64,000 nucleotides of DNA from an uncultured delta proteobacterium (lineage in GTDB: Bacteria > Desulfobacterota > Desulfomonilia > UBA1062): contig CAWCTR010000014.1 in NCBI GenBank assembly GCA_963798485.1, positions 256,001-320,000 of the forward strand, given 5' to 3'. The notes below the pieces were generated by a model. The model was given only the letters and a program-made list of their open reading frames with translations. It was not told the origin of the DNA and made no database searches. The position numbers were made by a program, and so were the translations under genes. Of the stretch, positions 40,403 through 50,701 are shown in pieces (the stretch's first letter is position 1; the number at the start of each line of letters is the position of its first letter).

Positions 40403-40423
40403 TCGAGTCTTTCCTTTCTTGTA

Positions 40424-41416
40424 TCAGGCATATCCGTTTTTTCTGAACCAATTGATGGAATCCTGTAACGAATTCTCTACAGGTTTGAAGGTCAGGCCAA
40501 GTTCGGAAACCGCTTTTGTGTTGTCGAAATAGAGGTACTGCGAGGCGTAGGCGATCTCTGCAGGAGTTGACATGGGAGGCTTGTGGCTCACATAGTCGGA
40601 CCACATCTTGAGAACAGCAGTACCTGCCTTCATCGCCGGTATGGGCAACTTGAGAAGCATGCAACCATCAAAACCGGCCTCACGGCAGGCCAGCCTCATG
40701 AAATCCTCCATAGGGATATTCCTGTTACCCAGAATATACAGGTTACCTGCCCTGCCCTTCTTGGCAGCAAGTACATGCCCCTTTGCCACATCACGGACAT
40801 CAACGATATTAATCCCACCGTTGAAGGAGAATCGGTTTATGCCTTTGAGCACATCTACGATGATCTGCCCTGTGGGTGTAGGGGCAAGATCCATGGGCCC
40901 GAAGGGGAAGCAGGGATTTACGACCACAAGGTCGAGCCCGTTGCGTGCAAACCCCAGGGCCTCCTGCTGTGACAGATACTTGGTGAGCACATAGTGATTG
41001 CCCAGTGTGTACTGGTTGAAGGGGGTGTCTTCGGTACTCAATGCCTTTCCGGGTGCTATACCGATGGCGGCTATGGAGCTTGTGAAAACCACCCTCTCGA
41101 TTTCCTCTTTCAGGCAGGCCCACAAGACGTTGCGGGAGCCATGGATGTTCACCTCGTAGATCCTGCTCCAGTCTTTCATCCATATGGAGTATATGGCAGC
41201 GAGGTGAAATACAGTATCTACACCAGACAGGGCCTTCTCAACCGCAGCGCTATCAAGGATGTCCCCGGTGAGCATCTCGACATCAAGCCCGTCCAGGTTC
41301 CCCGTGGGCTCTCCAGGCTTTATCAAACACCTCACCTCGACATTTTCCTCCAGGAGTTCCCCGACGACATGTGAACCTATAAACCCTGCCGCGCCGGTCA
41401 CCAAGGCCTTATTCAT
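40424..41416 (-). CDS. NAD-dependent epimerase/dihydroflavonol-reductase-like (HpnA-like) SDR
   Basis: TGAAGFIG, FHLAA, YVLTK (YxxxK), PTPTG, VDVRDVAKGH. Confidence 0.85.
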   Translation of the reverse strand: MNKALVTGAAGFIGSHVVGELLEENVEVRCLIKPGEPTGNLDGLDVEMLTGDILDSAAVEKALSGVDTVFHLAAIYSIWMKDWSRIYEVNIHGSRNVLWACLKEEIERVVFTSSIAAIGIAPGKALSTEDTPFNQYTLGNHYVLTKYLSQQEALGFARNGLDLVVVNPCFPFGPMDLAPTPTGQIIVDVLKGINRFSFNGGINIVDVRDVAKGHVLAAKKGRAGNLYILGNRNIPMEDFMRLACREAGFDGCMLLKLPIPAMKAGTAVLKMWSDYVSHKPPMSTPAEIAYASQYLYFDNTKAVSELGLTFKPVENSLQDSINWFRKNGYA

Positions 41417-41714
41417 CACAGCAACTCCTTCTTGTACAAGATGTAAAAATCGAATAGAATTGCTCAAGATATTTTATGTATATAATGTATATAATGGATA
41501 AGTGGAAGCACGGTGTCAATGGCAGGAAAACAAAAAGCTGTTAGGTTTTGGATTAATGCGCCCAGATGTCTACCCAGCTATTCTGCTTGACGGTAAATTA
41601 TATATGCGTAATATTTGATGGTCTTGTTGTCTTTTCTTTTTATCTCCAAAACATTTGCTATCGCCTGCTTCTCTATACTAAGAATGTTTCAAACAACAAT
41701 ATGGGGAATGGAAA

Positions 41715-42812
41715 ATGCAACAGAACAGAAAGATCATATTATCTCTCCTGATCGGCCTTGTCTTCTCATGTGCTGCCATCTATATATCTTTTAAGAATGT
41801 CCCCCTTGTACAGCTCCTGGGCTACATGAAGACCATAAACATTTGGTGGATCATTCCCTCTACACTCATAGCACTTTCCACGTACCTAGTGAGGGGGTTA
41901 AGGTGGAAAATTATCTTGAAACCGATCAAGAATATCGGCTTCTGGCATGCGTTTCACCCGGTCGTCATCGCATTCACTATCAACTGTCTCCTTCCAGGTC
42001 GAGTGGGTGAGCTTGCCAGGCCGGCCATCCTTTATAAGAGGGATAAGGTCGAGTTTTCCAAGGTTCTTGCAACGGTGGGTGTGGAGCGGATCTTTGATAT
42101 TGTAACCCTTCTGTGTATTTTTATCTTCATCATGAGCAACATTCAAATAGACCCATCCCTAAGTCTTACATTCAACGGCTACCAGATAAACCGGAAGACG
42201 CTCCTCGACATAAGGGCAAAGATGATTCTGGCTGGTATTATCTTGTTGTGTCTGATCTTCCTGTTCATGCTGCCCGTCACCAGACGGGCAATTAGCCGTT
42301 TCATTTCATTTCTACCGGGATTGCTCTTCTTCGCAACACCTCATTTCAGACAGAGTATGACCAAGCAGTTAAACACACGATCCCATGCTGTCCTCGATAA
42401 TCTCGCCCTGGGTTTTGAAGTCCTCAAGGATCCCTACAAGATACTTGCCTGCCTCCTGCTCTCAGCCGGTGTATGGCTGCTCACATTCTGCTCATTCTAT
42501 GTCTTGGCCCTTGGTTGTAAGGGGGTGAACATCACCTTTTTCCAGACGGCTGCAGCAGTGATCATCACGTGCTTTTTCATTATGCTGCCATCAGTGCCCG
42601 GTTATTGGGGCATATGGGAAATCGGGGGCATCTATGGCCTGATGATCTTCCAGGTCCCGAAGATAGAGGCTGCAGGATTGACGCTTACTTATCATTTTTT
42701 CTCGATTATCCCCCTCATACTTGTAGGATTATTGTCTTCATGGTTGACGGGAGTGAACGTAATGCAGGCTGGATTACATTCACAAGAGAGGATAACTGAA
42801 GAAGATATTTGA
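41715..42812 (+). CDS. Flippase-like membrane protein (UPF0104/LPG-synthase TM domain)
   Basis: RGLRWK, NCLLPGRVGELAR, VERIFD, PSVPGYWGIWE. Confidence 0.85.
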   Translation: MQQNRKIILSLLIGLVFSCAAIYISFKNVPLVQLLGYMKTINIWWIIPSTLIALSTYLVRGLRWKIILKPIKNIGFWHAFHPVVIAFTINCLLPGRVGELARPAILYKRDKVEFSKVLATVGVERIFDIVTLLCIFIFIMSNIQIDPSLSLTFNGYQINRKTLLDIRAKMILAGIILLCLIFLFMLPVTRRAISRFISFLPGLLFFATPHFRQSMTKQLNTRSHAVLDNLALGFEVLKDPYKILACLLLSAGVWLLTFCSFYVLALGCKGVNITFFQTAAAVIITCFFIMLPSVPGYWGIWEIGGIYGLMIFQVPKIEAAGLTLTYHFFSIIPLILVGLLSSWLTGVNVMQAGLHSQERITEEDI

Positions 42813-42834
42813 TAAATACTATATTCCGAGTCCG

Positions 42835-45036
42835 TCAGCCGTTGTTTCTTTTTATTAAGTTCTTATAAAATTGCGTACTTCTCAGATTATCAAGATCCTT
42901 ATCTTTCTGTATCAGTGCCCAATTCTTGAACCCTTTATCTATTGATTTAGTTAACCATTCAATAGACTCATCTACCTTTTTCTCTTTGGCATATATGCAT
43001 GCAATATTATAATACCCATCTGGATTACCCGGCTGAAGCCTGATCAGTTTCTGTAACATATCCAGAGCCTTTGCATTATCACCGTGATAGGAATACAATA
43101 CTGAGAGTTTCTTTAATACGTCGGTATTATCAGGTTCCTTTGACCTTTTCTGTTCAAGCAGTGCGACATCTTGATCTATCTTTCCTGATAAATTTGATGC
43201 TGCCGTTAAATAATTCCGAGCCTCGATGGAGTCAGGGGCAATTTTCAAGGCCTCCTTAAAATGAGAAACGGCATCATTTACCTTTCCCTGATTCATAAGA
43301 ATAACCCCAAGGGCACAATGGGATTCTGCATCATTGGGGTGAAGATTCAAGGCCGATGTGAAATACTCTAAGGCTTTATTCATCTCACCCCTTTTTGCCG
43401 ATATAATGCCAAGATTATAATATGCCTCAGCATATTTTGGATCGAGAGTGATCACATAAGAAAATTGTTTGATGGCTCCATCCAGATCCCCTTTGGCAGC
43501 ATAAACAGTTCCCAGCTCAAATTTTGCTTTTGTGTCTTTGGGATTGTAGCGTACTTCTTCAGAATAATAGTGAACTGCTTTATCTTGCAGTCCCAATTTG
43601 TTATAGAGATGCCCAAGCCCATCCAATGCTACAACATCGTTAGCATGTATTCTTAGCGCCTCTTGGAAATGATGGATTGCCATCTCTGCTTTTCCCAGGT
43701 TTGTATAAGCTACTGCGAGATTGACATGAGCAACATAATTATCAGGATTGAGGGCAACACAATGTGAAAAGAGAGTGAGATCATCCTTCCAGTATCCGAT
43801 CTGGAACCAGGTCCGTAGTGCAAATACGATCAGCACGACGGCGGCGGCAGCCGCCATTATATCCCTTTTACGATTAACCCGGGCCAGCAGATCAGGGACC
43901 CCCCAGGCAACAATGATGAATAGTCCTATGTACGGGACATATGCCCATCGCTCACCGATTGCCGGCCAGAGACCTGCCTGTATGATTCCCAGCACCGGAA
44001 CGAGCGTTCCGAGAAACCAGAGCCAGCCTATGATGAAATAAGGATATTTCCTGTATTTAAGCAGCGCCGTGGTTGTAATCAATAGAAGAACGGCTATCGA
44101 TCCAACTACCTCCCACATGGGGATTGCATCGGGAAACGGGTAGAATATGGAAAGGTCTTTCGGCCAGGCCATCTTTCCCATGTACATGAGGTATGAGACA
44201 ATGGCGTTCTTGATCTTGAGATCCATTGGAGAAAGATCCGAGGCCATGATGGTATGGGAGAACTTGAGAGAGAGCATGGTGGCATAGAAAAAAACAGAAG
44301 AAAGAATCGTCAGGGGGATCTTCTCAAGGACCAGTTTGAGGAGATCACGATAAAAAGATGACCATTTTGCCTTATCCTCACTCCACAAAGGGAAAGTTAT
44401 CCGGCCCAAAGGCCAGTAGTCGAGAAGCAACAGAACAAACGGCAGGGTCATCAGCATGGGTTTGGCAAGAGAACCCAGGCAGAATGCCCCGATGATGAGC
44501 AGGTACATACCGATATTCGGCTTCTTCGTGTAAAAAAAGTACGTGATCATGGTGAGCATCCAGAAAACGGTGCTCAGAAGATTTTTCCGCTCTGCAATCC
44601 ATGCCACCGAATCCACATTGACCGGGTGAAAGGCAAACAAGGAGGCGACAAACGCGCTCTTCCAGACCGATCCGGTCATCCATCTCAATGCCAGGAAAAG
44701 CAGCATGGCACTGATGGCATGAAGGAGCACATTGCTCATGTGATGCATCCCGGCATTCAGCCCGAAGAGCTGGTAATCCACCATGTGGGAAATCCAGGCA
44801 AGAGGATGCCAGTTGGTCACTTCTCCTTGTTTGGAAAGGCTGAAGGCCCAGCTGATACTTTCCAGAGACAACCCCTTGTGCACCTGCCGGTTGTTCACAA
44901 CATACAACGGATCATCCAATGAGATGAAATTGTAGTTGTGCATTTGGAAATATATCAGGAATATCGAAAAGAAGAGAAATACAAGGACAAGTATATCTCT
45001 GTGCTGCTCCAGAAACCCTTTATTCAGATCTCGCAT
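42835..45036 (-). CDS. TMTC-like GT-C glycosyltransferase with TPR repeats (paralog 1)
   Basis: FISLDD.LYV, WHPL.WISH, HP.NVDSVAWIAERK, KPML.TLP, ERWAYVP; TPRs; YYNIACIYA...KD.DL tail. Confidence 0.85.
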   Translation of the reverse strand: MRDLNKGFLEQHRDILVLVFLFFSIFLIYFQMHNYNFISLDDPLYVVNNRQVHKGLSLESISWAFSLSKQGEVTNWHPLAWISHMVDYQLFGLNAGMHHMSNVLLHAISAMLLFLALRWMTGSVWKSAFVASLFAFHPVNVDSVAWIAERKNLLSTVFWMLTMITYFFYTKKPNIGMYLLIIGAFCLGSLAKPMLMTLPFVLLLLDYWPLGRITFPLWSEDKAKWSSFYRDLLKLVLEKIPLTILSSVFFYATMLSLKFSHTIMASDLSPMDLKIKNAIVSYLMYMGKMAWPKDLSIFYPFPDAIPMWEVVGSIAVLLLITTTALLKYRKYPYFIIGWLWFLGTLVPVLGIIQAGLWPAIGERWAYVPYIGLFIIVAWGVPDLLARVNRKRDIMAAAAAVVLIVFALRTWFQIGYWKDDLTLFSHCVALNPDNYVAHVNLAVAYTNLGKAEMAIHHFQEALRIHANDVVALDGLGHLYNKLGLQDKAVHYYSEEVRYNPKDTKAKFELGTVYAAKGDLDGAIKQFSYVITLDPKYAEAYYNLGIISAKRGEMNKALEYFTSALNLHPNDAESHCALGVILMNQGKVNDAVSHFKEALKIAPDSIEARNYLTAASNLSGKIDQDVALLEQKRSKEPDNTDVLKKLSVLYSYHGDNAKALDMLQKLIRLQPGNPDGYYNIACIYAKEKKVDESIEWLTKSIDKGFKNWALIQKDKDLDNLRSTQFYKNLIKRNNG

Positions 45037-45200
45037 ACTATGCTGCCCAGTCTTTGATTAATCCCAAATGTATTTGATTACGTATTAATAAATACTATGC
45101 CATAATCTCACCGCACATACTATCATAGTGACTACCATTGATATATTATATTTCTTCTCTACTACAACTATCCAATAGTGGATGGCGTATATATGAATAG

Positions 45201-45443
45201 GCAGTATATATAGGAGATAACCTGAGACTCAAAATGCTGGTTGAAAGAGTTTATCTCGTATCAAAGAGGTTCTTCGGCATCCCCACCTTCTTCAACTACG
45301 CGATCGCTGACGGTCTGTATAAGCTCCTCTTTCCAGATAAAACCGGAATCAACAAGGAGGCAAAAGTAATAAAACCCGAGTTCCAGTTATGCTTCAGCTT
45401 TCTGGAGTGAGAGCGGATAGAAATAAAACTCAGGAAACTCCAG
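45201..45443 (+). mobile_element. IS4-like transposase C-terminal remnant plus probable end
   Basis: Hand translation AVYIGDNLRLKMLVERVYLVSKRFFGIPTFFNYAIADGL...QLCFSFLE*, resembling DDE transposase C-termini; no start; family recalled, not searched. Confidence 0.5.
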
Positions 45444-45450
45444 TTACCTT

Positions 45451-46096
45451 CAATCTTTTTACAATTTGTATCTGACAAGGGCATAATCAACTTTCACTTT
45501 ACCTAAGTTCAATAAACTATAAACCTCGCCGATTCCTGGTGCGAAATAAGAGATACCCTCGAAATGTTGCGATCCATTACTCGCCTGGAAGGATACTTTG
45601 AGACATTTTACATACTTTTTGTCATTCAATTCGACAGTTTCTATCTTCTCTGCTTTAAATTGTGTCTGGACGTCTGATGTCTTTGTCGTCCAGATATTCC
45701 CTACCTTCATCGGAAATGGCGTCGTTAAATATTCTTGCCTCGTTTTGTCATCTATTTTGTAGATACCCTCTTTTGCCCTTCTGTTGTAACTGACATGTGT
45801 CCCAGCACCTGGTACCCCTTTTGTAAGAGTGATTTGCTTATAGTATGTCTTCCCATTGATGGTCTCTTCACCACCAATTTGGATTAGCATTCCTCCCGTC
45901 TGTACCCCTTCAGGGGCTGAATACCTTATACCGTATGCCCATTGTGCTCCATTAGAGCCTTTTGGGTAGTAGATATCACCCTGGGGTTGTCCCTGTGGTT
46001 GTTTAGAGCATGCAGACAGAGTCAATAAGGTTATAATGATCATATAAACAAGTCTTCGCTGCATGTTTCTCTCCTTTTATCAGTTTATCAAAAGTA
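45451..46096. repeat. Direct repeat copy 1 (~645 bp)
   Basis: Near-identical to 60194-60839 (offset 14,743 bp). Confidence 0.95.
45459..46064 (-). CDS. Beta-rich lipoprotein, copy 1
   Basis: Lipobox LSAC; YFAPGIGEV motif; protein identical to 60202..60807. Confidence 0.85.
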   Translation of the reverse strand: MQRRLVYMIIITLLTLSACSKQPQGQPQGDIYYPKGSNGAQWAYGIRYSAPEGVQTGGMLIQIGGEETINGKTYYKQITLTKGVPGAGTHVSYNRRAKEGIYKIDDKTRQEYLTTPFPMKVGNIWTTKTSDVQTQFKAEKIETVELNDKKYVKCLKVSFQASNGSQHFEGISYFAPGIGEVYSLLNLGKVKVDYALVRYKL

Positions 46097-46210
46097 GTAA
46101 AGTTATCATATACCATAAATATTTCTTACCCTTTTTACAAGAGAGATTATTCTCGGACGCTTACGGAGAAATACTCTACGTAAGAAGGGGGGCAATCAAC
46201 ATGATTCAAT

Positions 46211-46978
46211 CTATTTTTGGAGAAATATCTTTGCAAACATCCCTAGTTTCAGGTTCATCCGTCCGAGTATAGATTCTATATATTCCCAAAATCTATAGGT
46301 GATACCCGGCATGATGCTCCGGAGAGATATACCGCCCGAGAGAAGATAGACAAAGGGCTTTTCCACTTTGATGTTTTTGATGGAAAGCCCCGGATATTTC
46401 AATTCAAAAAGCCTTCTGTCGCGTTCAAACACTATCCACGGCAAGGCAGAGTTCGCCCCGGAGAGTGGGCCTGATATGGGAAATGACCACTGCTTAGCTT
46501 TTATATCGACAGGCTCATGATGAATGTGAGTATATACCAACGACGACCACGGGGTTATCCACGGCTCCACCATCAGGATCGTGCCGCCAGCACGGAGGCA
46601 TCTTACCGCTTCGATCAAGAAAATATCAACATCCGGGATATGGTGGAATACATCGACCATTATAATAGATTTTAGAGAGTCGTTTTTGAAGGGCATGAAG
46701 CATCCGTTCATAACCATTTTCACGAATGGGCAGAAGAACACTTCCGTTGTTATAACCTCAGGAATTAATTCATCGAGAAATCCCGCTCCTGATCCTAGTT
46801 CCAGAATACTTCCGTCTCCGGAAGGAATGTTTGCTGCAATCCATGTATACCAATCCTTATAGATTCTTCTCAGAAACGGCTTTTGCTGGATGATCTGCTT
46901 GCGCAGATGTGTTGTTCGCGGATCATCAATATCGATGTTCCTGGTTAGGGGGTGTTTAAGAAAATTAAGCATATCCAC
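46211..46978 (-). CDS. Class I SAM-dependent methyltransferase
   Basis: ILELGSGAGF motif I, DVFHHIP, GG.ILMVEP. Confidence 0.88.
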   Translation of the reverse strand: MDMLNFLKHPLTRNIDIDDPRTTHLRKQIIQQKPFLRRIYKDWYTWIAANIPSGDGSILELGSGAGFLDELIPEVITTEVFFCPFVKMVMNGCFMPFKNDSLKSIIMVDVFHHIPDVDIFLIEAVRCLRAGGTILMVEPWITPWSSLVYTHIHHEPVDIKAKQWSFPISGPLSGANSALPWIVFERDRRLFELKYPGLSIKNIKVEKPFVYLLSGGISLRSIMPGITYRFWEYIESILGRMNLKLGMFAKIFLQK

Positions 46979-48435
46979 TAAATGAATTTAATTTTTTCCA
47001 TGGCATATACTGTCATCTTAAGGAGCAGCCAACCATGTTTCCATCTTTCGATGTTTGTTGTGCCGTATCTCCGCTCGGCATAGCGGATGGGCATCTCCAC
47101 GATCTTGAGATTCTGCCTGACTGCACCAAAAAGAAGGTCAAAGTCGCCGAAGGGATCGAAGTCGCCAAAATAGGCCCTGTTCGTCGCTATCCTATCATAA
47201 TTTTGCCTGCTTAAAACCTTTGTCCCGCACAGTGTGTCTTTGATGGGCTGGCCCAGAAGCCAGGAGAAGGCAAGAGAGAAAAACTTATTACCCAGAAGGT
47301 TAAGGTAGCGCATGGCCTCTTTTTCCATAGGATAGATGAGTCTCACTCCATTGATAAACTCTCCATCGCCTGACATAATCGCATCATAGAACCTGGTAAG
47401 ATCTTCCGGAGGAACAGTCATATCGGCATCAAGTATCATGAAGATATCGCCTGAGGCATTCTGGTAACCGAGACGTACTGCGTCGCCTTTGCCCTTACCG
47501 GTCTGTCTGAAAAGCTTACATCTCTTCTCGGGATGGGCAGAAATTGTCCTCTCGATAACCTCGTAGGTGTTGTCGCTGGAGTTCCCCTCAACGAAAATCA
47601 GCTCTGTGCCCCGGCCCATCTCGGGAATACGCCGCAGGATTTCATCTATATTCCCTGCCTCGTTACGGGCCGGAATCACAACGGAAACTATCGGTTTTGC
47701 CTTCTTGTTTTCCTCTGTAGGTTTCCTGCGTGCAATCACAAAGTTTGTAAGAGCCAAATGAGATAGAGGCCACAGCTTCACTGCATATTTATTCAGAAAG
47801 CTCGACAAGATAGGGGTTGAAAGAGGCCATAGGATCTCCTGCCAGGTCCTGATTACCTCAAAGCCTGCCAGATTGAGCATGTTTTTGACATCCTCAATGG
47901 TGAGCCAGTTCTGGGATAATAATGGCGTAGAAAGTCCAAACAATTGGGCAAAGAAAAGGGGTAGTTCCCACAGGCGGCTATACATATTCAAAATGATACG
48001 CGTCCGAGGAATGGATACATTTCTGAGACCCTCGAAGACATTTTGAACATCCCAAAGATCATTTGCAAGATCTGATAGAATGATGACATCAAATGTCTCG
48101 TCAAGCGCAAGCTCGTGTGCATCCGCTTGGATAAAACGCAGTTCCGGAAACTTCTGCATCGCCCTCTTGACCATCTCGCCTGAAAGGTCGACACCGACAC
48201 CGACAGAAGGTTTGAGCTTGGCAAGAAGCTCTCCAGTCCCGCAACCTATCTCAAGAATCTTCTGGCCGGGAGACACGATGTGCGCGTACAACTGACCCAG
48301 CCTCTCGTGATAATACGTACCGAGCGATTTCCAGGAATCCTTTTCCCGAGCGATCTTGTCCCAGTGAATCTGCCGTGCTTCCCGATATTCCCGGGCAGTT
48401 GCCAACTTTGCAGAAACCCCACGATCCGTCTTCAT
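46978..48435 (-). CDS. SAM-methyltransferase domain fused to GT2 (polyprenol-phosphate-sugar synthase-like)
   Basis: LEIGCGTG; IPARNEAGNI, GKGDAVRLG, ILDAD (DXD), DTLCGTK, EMPIRY; probable start ATG 48435. Confidence 0.88.
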   Translation of the reverse strand: MKTDRGVSAKLATAREYREARQIHWDKIAREKDSWKSLGTYYHERLGQLYAHIVSPGQKILEIGCGTGELLAKLKPSVGVGVDLSGEMVKRAMQKFPELRFIQADAHELALDETFDVIILSDLANDLWDVQNVFEGLRNVSIPRTRIILNMYSRLWELPLFFAQLFGLSTPLLSQNWLTIEDVKNMLNLAGFEVIRTWQEILWPLSTPILSSFLNKYAVKLWPLSHLALTNFVIARRKPTEENKKAKPIVSVVIPARNEAGNIDEILRRIPEMGRGTELIFVEGNSSDNTYEVIERTISAHPEKRCKLFRQTGKGKGDAVRLGYQNASGDIFMILDADMTVPPEDLTRFYDAIMSGDGEFINGVRLIYPMEKEAMRYLNLLGNKFFSLAFSWLLGQPIKDTLCGTKVLSRQNYDRIATNRAYFGDFDPFGDFDLLFGAVRQNLKIVEMPIRYAERRYGTTNIERWKHGWLLLKMTVYAMEKIKFI

Positions 48436-48448
48436 AATTCTTGTCCCA

Positions 48449-49390
48449 TTATGCTGTTTTATTTTGCAGATACCACTCGTATGTGTTTGCAATACCTTCT
48501 TTAAGTCCGATCTTTGCCTTCCACCCCAGTTCCTCAATTCTCCTAATGTCGAGTAGCTTCTGAGGAGTTCCGTCAGGTTTGGAAAGGTCCCATTGGATCT
48601 CACCGGTATAACCGACGATGTCTCTCACCAATTCTGCAAGTCTCTTGATAGTTAAATCCATGCCGGTTCCTATATTCACGAATTCACCCACTGTAACGGC
48701 TTCATACCTGTTCATAAGAAATACCAATGCTTCGGCAAGGTCATCCACGTGAAGGAATTCGCGTCTCGGGCTGCCGGTGCCCCAGATCATTACATTATGC
48801 CCGCGGTTCTCCTTGGCTTCATGGAAACGTCTGATAAGGGCCGGCAAAACATGGGATGTCACAAGGTCAAAATTGTCGCCGGGGCCATAGAGATTTGTGG
48901 GCATCACTGAAATAAAATTCGTCCCATACTGGGCATTATAGTATCTGCATAATTTTATGGCCGCTATCTTTGCAATGGCATATGGCTCGTTGGTCGGCTC
49001 CAATGCTCCGGTAAGCAGGGAATGTTCACTGAGAGGCTGCGGTGCTAATTTCGGATAGATGCATGATGAACCCAAGTTGAGCAGCTTTTTAACTCCATGT
49101 TTGTAACTTGAATGAATAACATTGGCGGCTATCATTATGTTGTCATAGATGAATTCTGCAGGGTACGTGCTGTTGGCGAGTATCCCGCCTACTCTGGCTG
49201 CACAAAGAAATACGTATTCGGGTTTCTCTTGTGAAAAAAATACCTCAACATCTCGCTGGCTGATAAGGTCAATGTCCGGATAAGAACGGGTTATAAGGTT
49301 ATCATACCCCTCGCTCTCGAGTTTCCGTTTTACTGCAGAACCCACTAAACCAGTATGCCCGGCAATGAAAATCTTATTGTTTTTATTCAT
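48449..49390 (-). CDS. fcl: GDP-L-fucose synthase
   Basis: [54 protein letters not shown]. Confidence 0.95.
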   Translation of the reverse strand: MNKNNKIFIAGHTGLVGSAVKRKLESEGYDNLITRSYPDIDLISQRDVEVFFSQEKPEYVFLCAARVGGILANSTYPAEFIYDNIMIAANVIHSSYKHGVKKLLNLGSSCIYPKLAPQPLSEHSLLTGALEPTNEPYAIAKIAAIKLCRYYNAQYGTNFISVMPTNLYGPGDNFDLVTSHVLPALIRRFHEAKENRGHNVMIWGTGSPRREFLHVDDLAEALVFLMNRYEAVTVGEFVNIGTGMDLTIKRLAELVRDIVGYTGEIQWDLSKPDGTPQKLLDIRRIEELGWKAKIGLKEGIANTYEWYLQNKTA

Positions 49391-50501
49391 GGCGATTCAT
49401 TACGGTAAATCCGCTGTTTTTACAAAGGACATCCATCTGGGTTTCCTTAATATCATGTTTTACCATCTCGGCTATCATTTCTTCAAAGCTGATCTCCGGT
49501 TTCCATCCTAGTTTATTTCTCGCCTTTGACGGATCGCCCAACAACGTTTCCACTTCTGTAGGCCTGAAGTAGTGTGGGTCAACCTGCACGACCACATCAG
49601 CGGGTTTGACATGTTCACTTCCTTCAAAGGGTTCTGCCGAACTTACCACGCCCTTCTCCTTCAGTCCAGTTCCCTGCCAACTCAACTCGATACCGACGTT
49701 AGAAAAAGCCAGGGTGCAGAGCTGTCGTACAGAATATTGCTTTCCAGTTGCGATTACATAATCTTCCGGCTGCTCCTGTTGGAGCATAAGCCACTGAGCC
49801 TTCACGAAATCTTTTGCGTGGCCCCAGTCACGCAATGCGTCCAAATTACCGACATACAGCTTCTCTTGCAGACCAAGGGCGATCCTGCTGGCTGCCCTGG
49901 TTACCTTGCGGGTGACAAAGGTCTCACCACGGATGGGTGATTCGTGGTTGAACAGGATGCCATTGCAGGCATACATACCATAGGCCTCGCGGTAGTTCAC
50001 CGTAATCCAAAACGCATAGAGCTTTGCCACCCCATAAGGGCTCCTGGGATAAAATGGGGTTTCCTCATCCTGAGGAATTTTCTGTACCTTGCCAAAGAGC
50101 TCGCTGGTGGATGCCTGGTAAAACCTCACCCTCTTTTCCATCCCTAGTATGCGTAGAGCTTCCAGTATTCTGAGTGTTCCCAAGGCGTCTGCCTGGGCCG
50201 TGTACTCAGGTGTTTCAAAAGATACCTGCACATGGCTTTGAGCCCCAAGGTTATATATCTCATCCGGCTCAACATCCTGTATGATTCGGATGATATTCGT
50301 TGAGTCCGTAAGATCTCCATAGTGCATGAGGAACCGCACATCTTTTTCATGCGGGTCCTGATACAAATGATCAACACGGTAGGTATTGAAGCTCGATGAT
50401 CTCCGTTTGATGCCATGTACATAATACCCTTTGCCTAAAAGAAATTCTGCAAGATATGCCCCATCCTGGCCGGTAATCCCGGTTATCAAGGCCTTTTTCA
50501 T
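49383..50501 (-). CDS. gmd: GDP-mannose 4,6-dehydratase
   Basis: [48 protein letters not shown]. Confidence 0.96.
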   Translation of the reverse strand: MKKALITGITGQDGAYLAEFLLGKGYYVHGIKRRSSSFNTYRVDHLYQDPHEKDVRFLMHYGDLTDSTNIIRIIQDVEPDEIYNLGAQSHVQVSFETPEYTAQADALGTLRILEALRILGMEKRVRFYQASTSELFGKVQKIPQDEETPFYPRSPYGVAKLYAFWITVNYREAYGMYACNGILFNHESPIRGETFVTRKVTRAASRIALGLQEKLYVGNLDALRDWGHAKDFVKAQWLMLQQEQPEDYVIATGKQYSVRQLCTLAFSNVGIELSWQGTGLKEKGVVSSAEPFEGSEHVKPADVVVQVDPHYFRPTEVETLLGDPSKARNKLGWKPEISFEEMIAEMVKHDIKETQMDVLCKNSGFTVMNRHE

Positions 50502-50701
50502 CTCAACCCCCAACTCTTATCTATTAGCGCGATACTATCTATTCGGAAGTACAGCTATTATCACTTAACTGCATATTTGTCATCCACATGCCATAGAGAT
50601 GAAATGTCATGTTGATTTTTCTCGATTCATCCCGATTCCCCACCTAAAAAGTACACATAACTCTAAGCATCAAAATTCCTATATCAAGGTAACACAATGA
50701 T

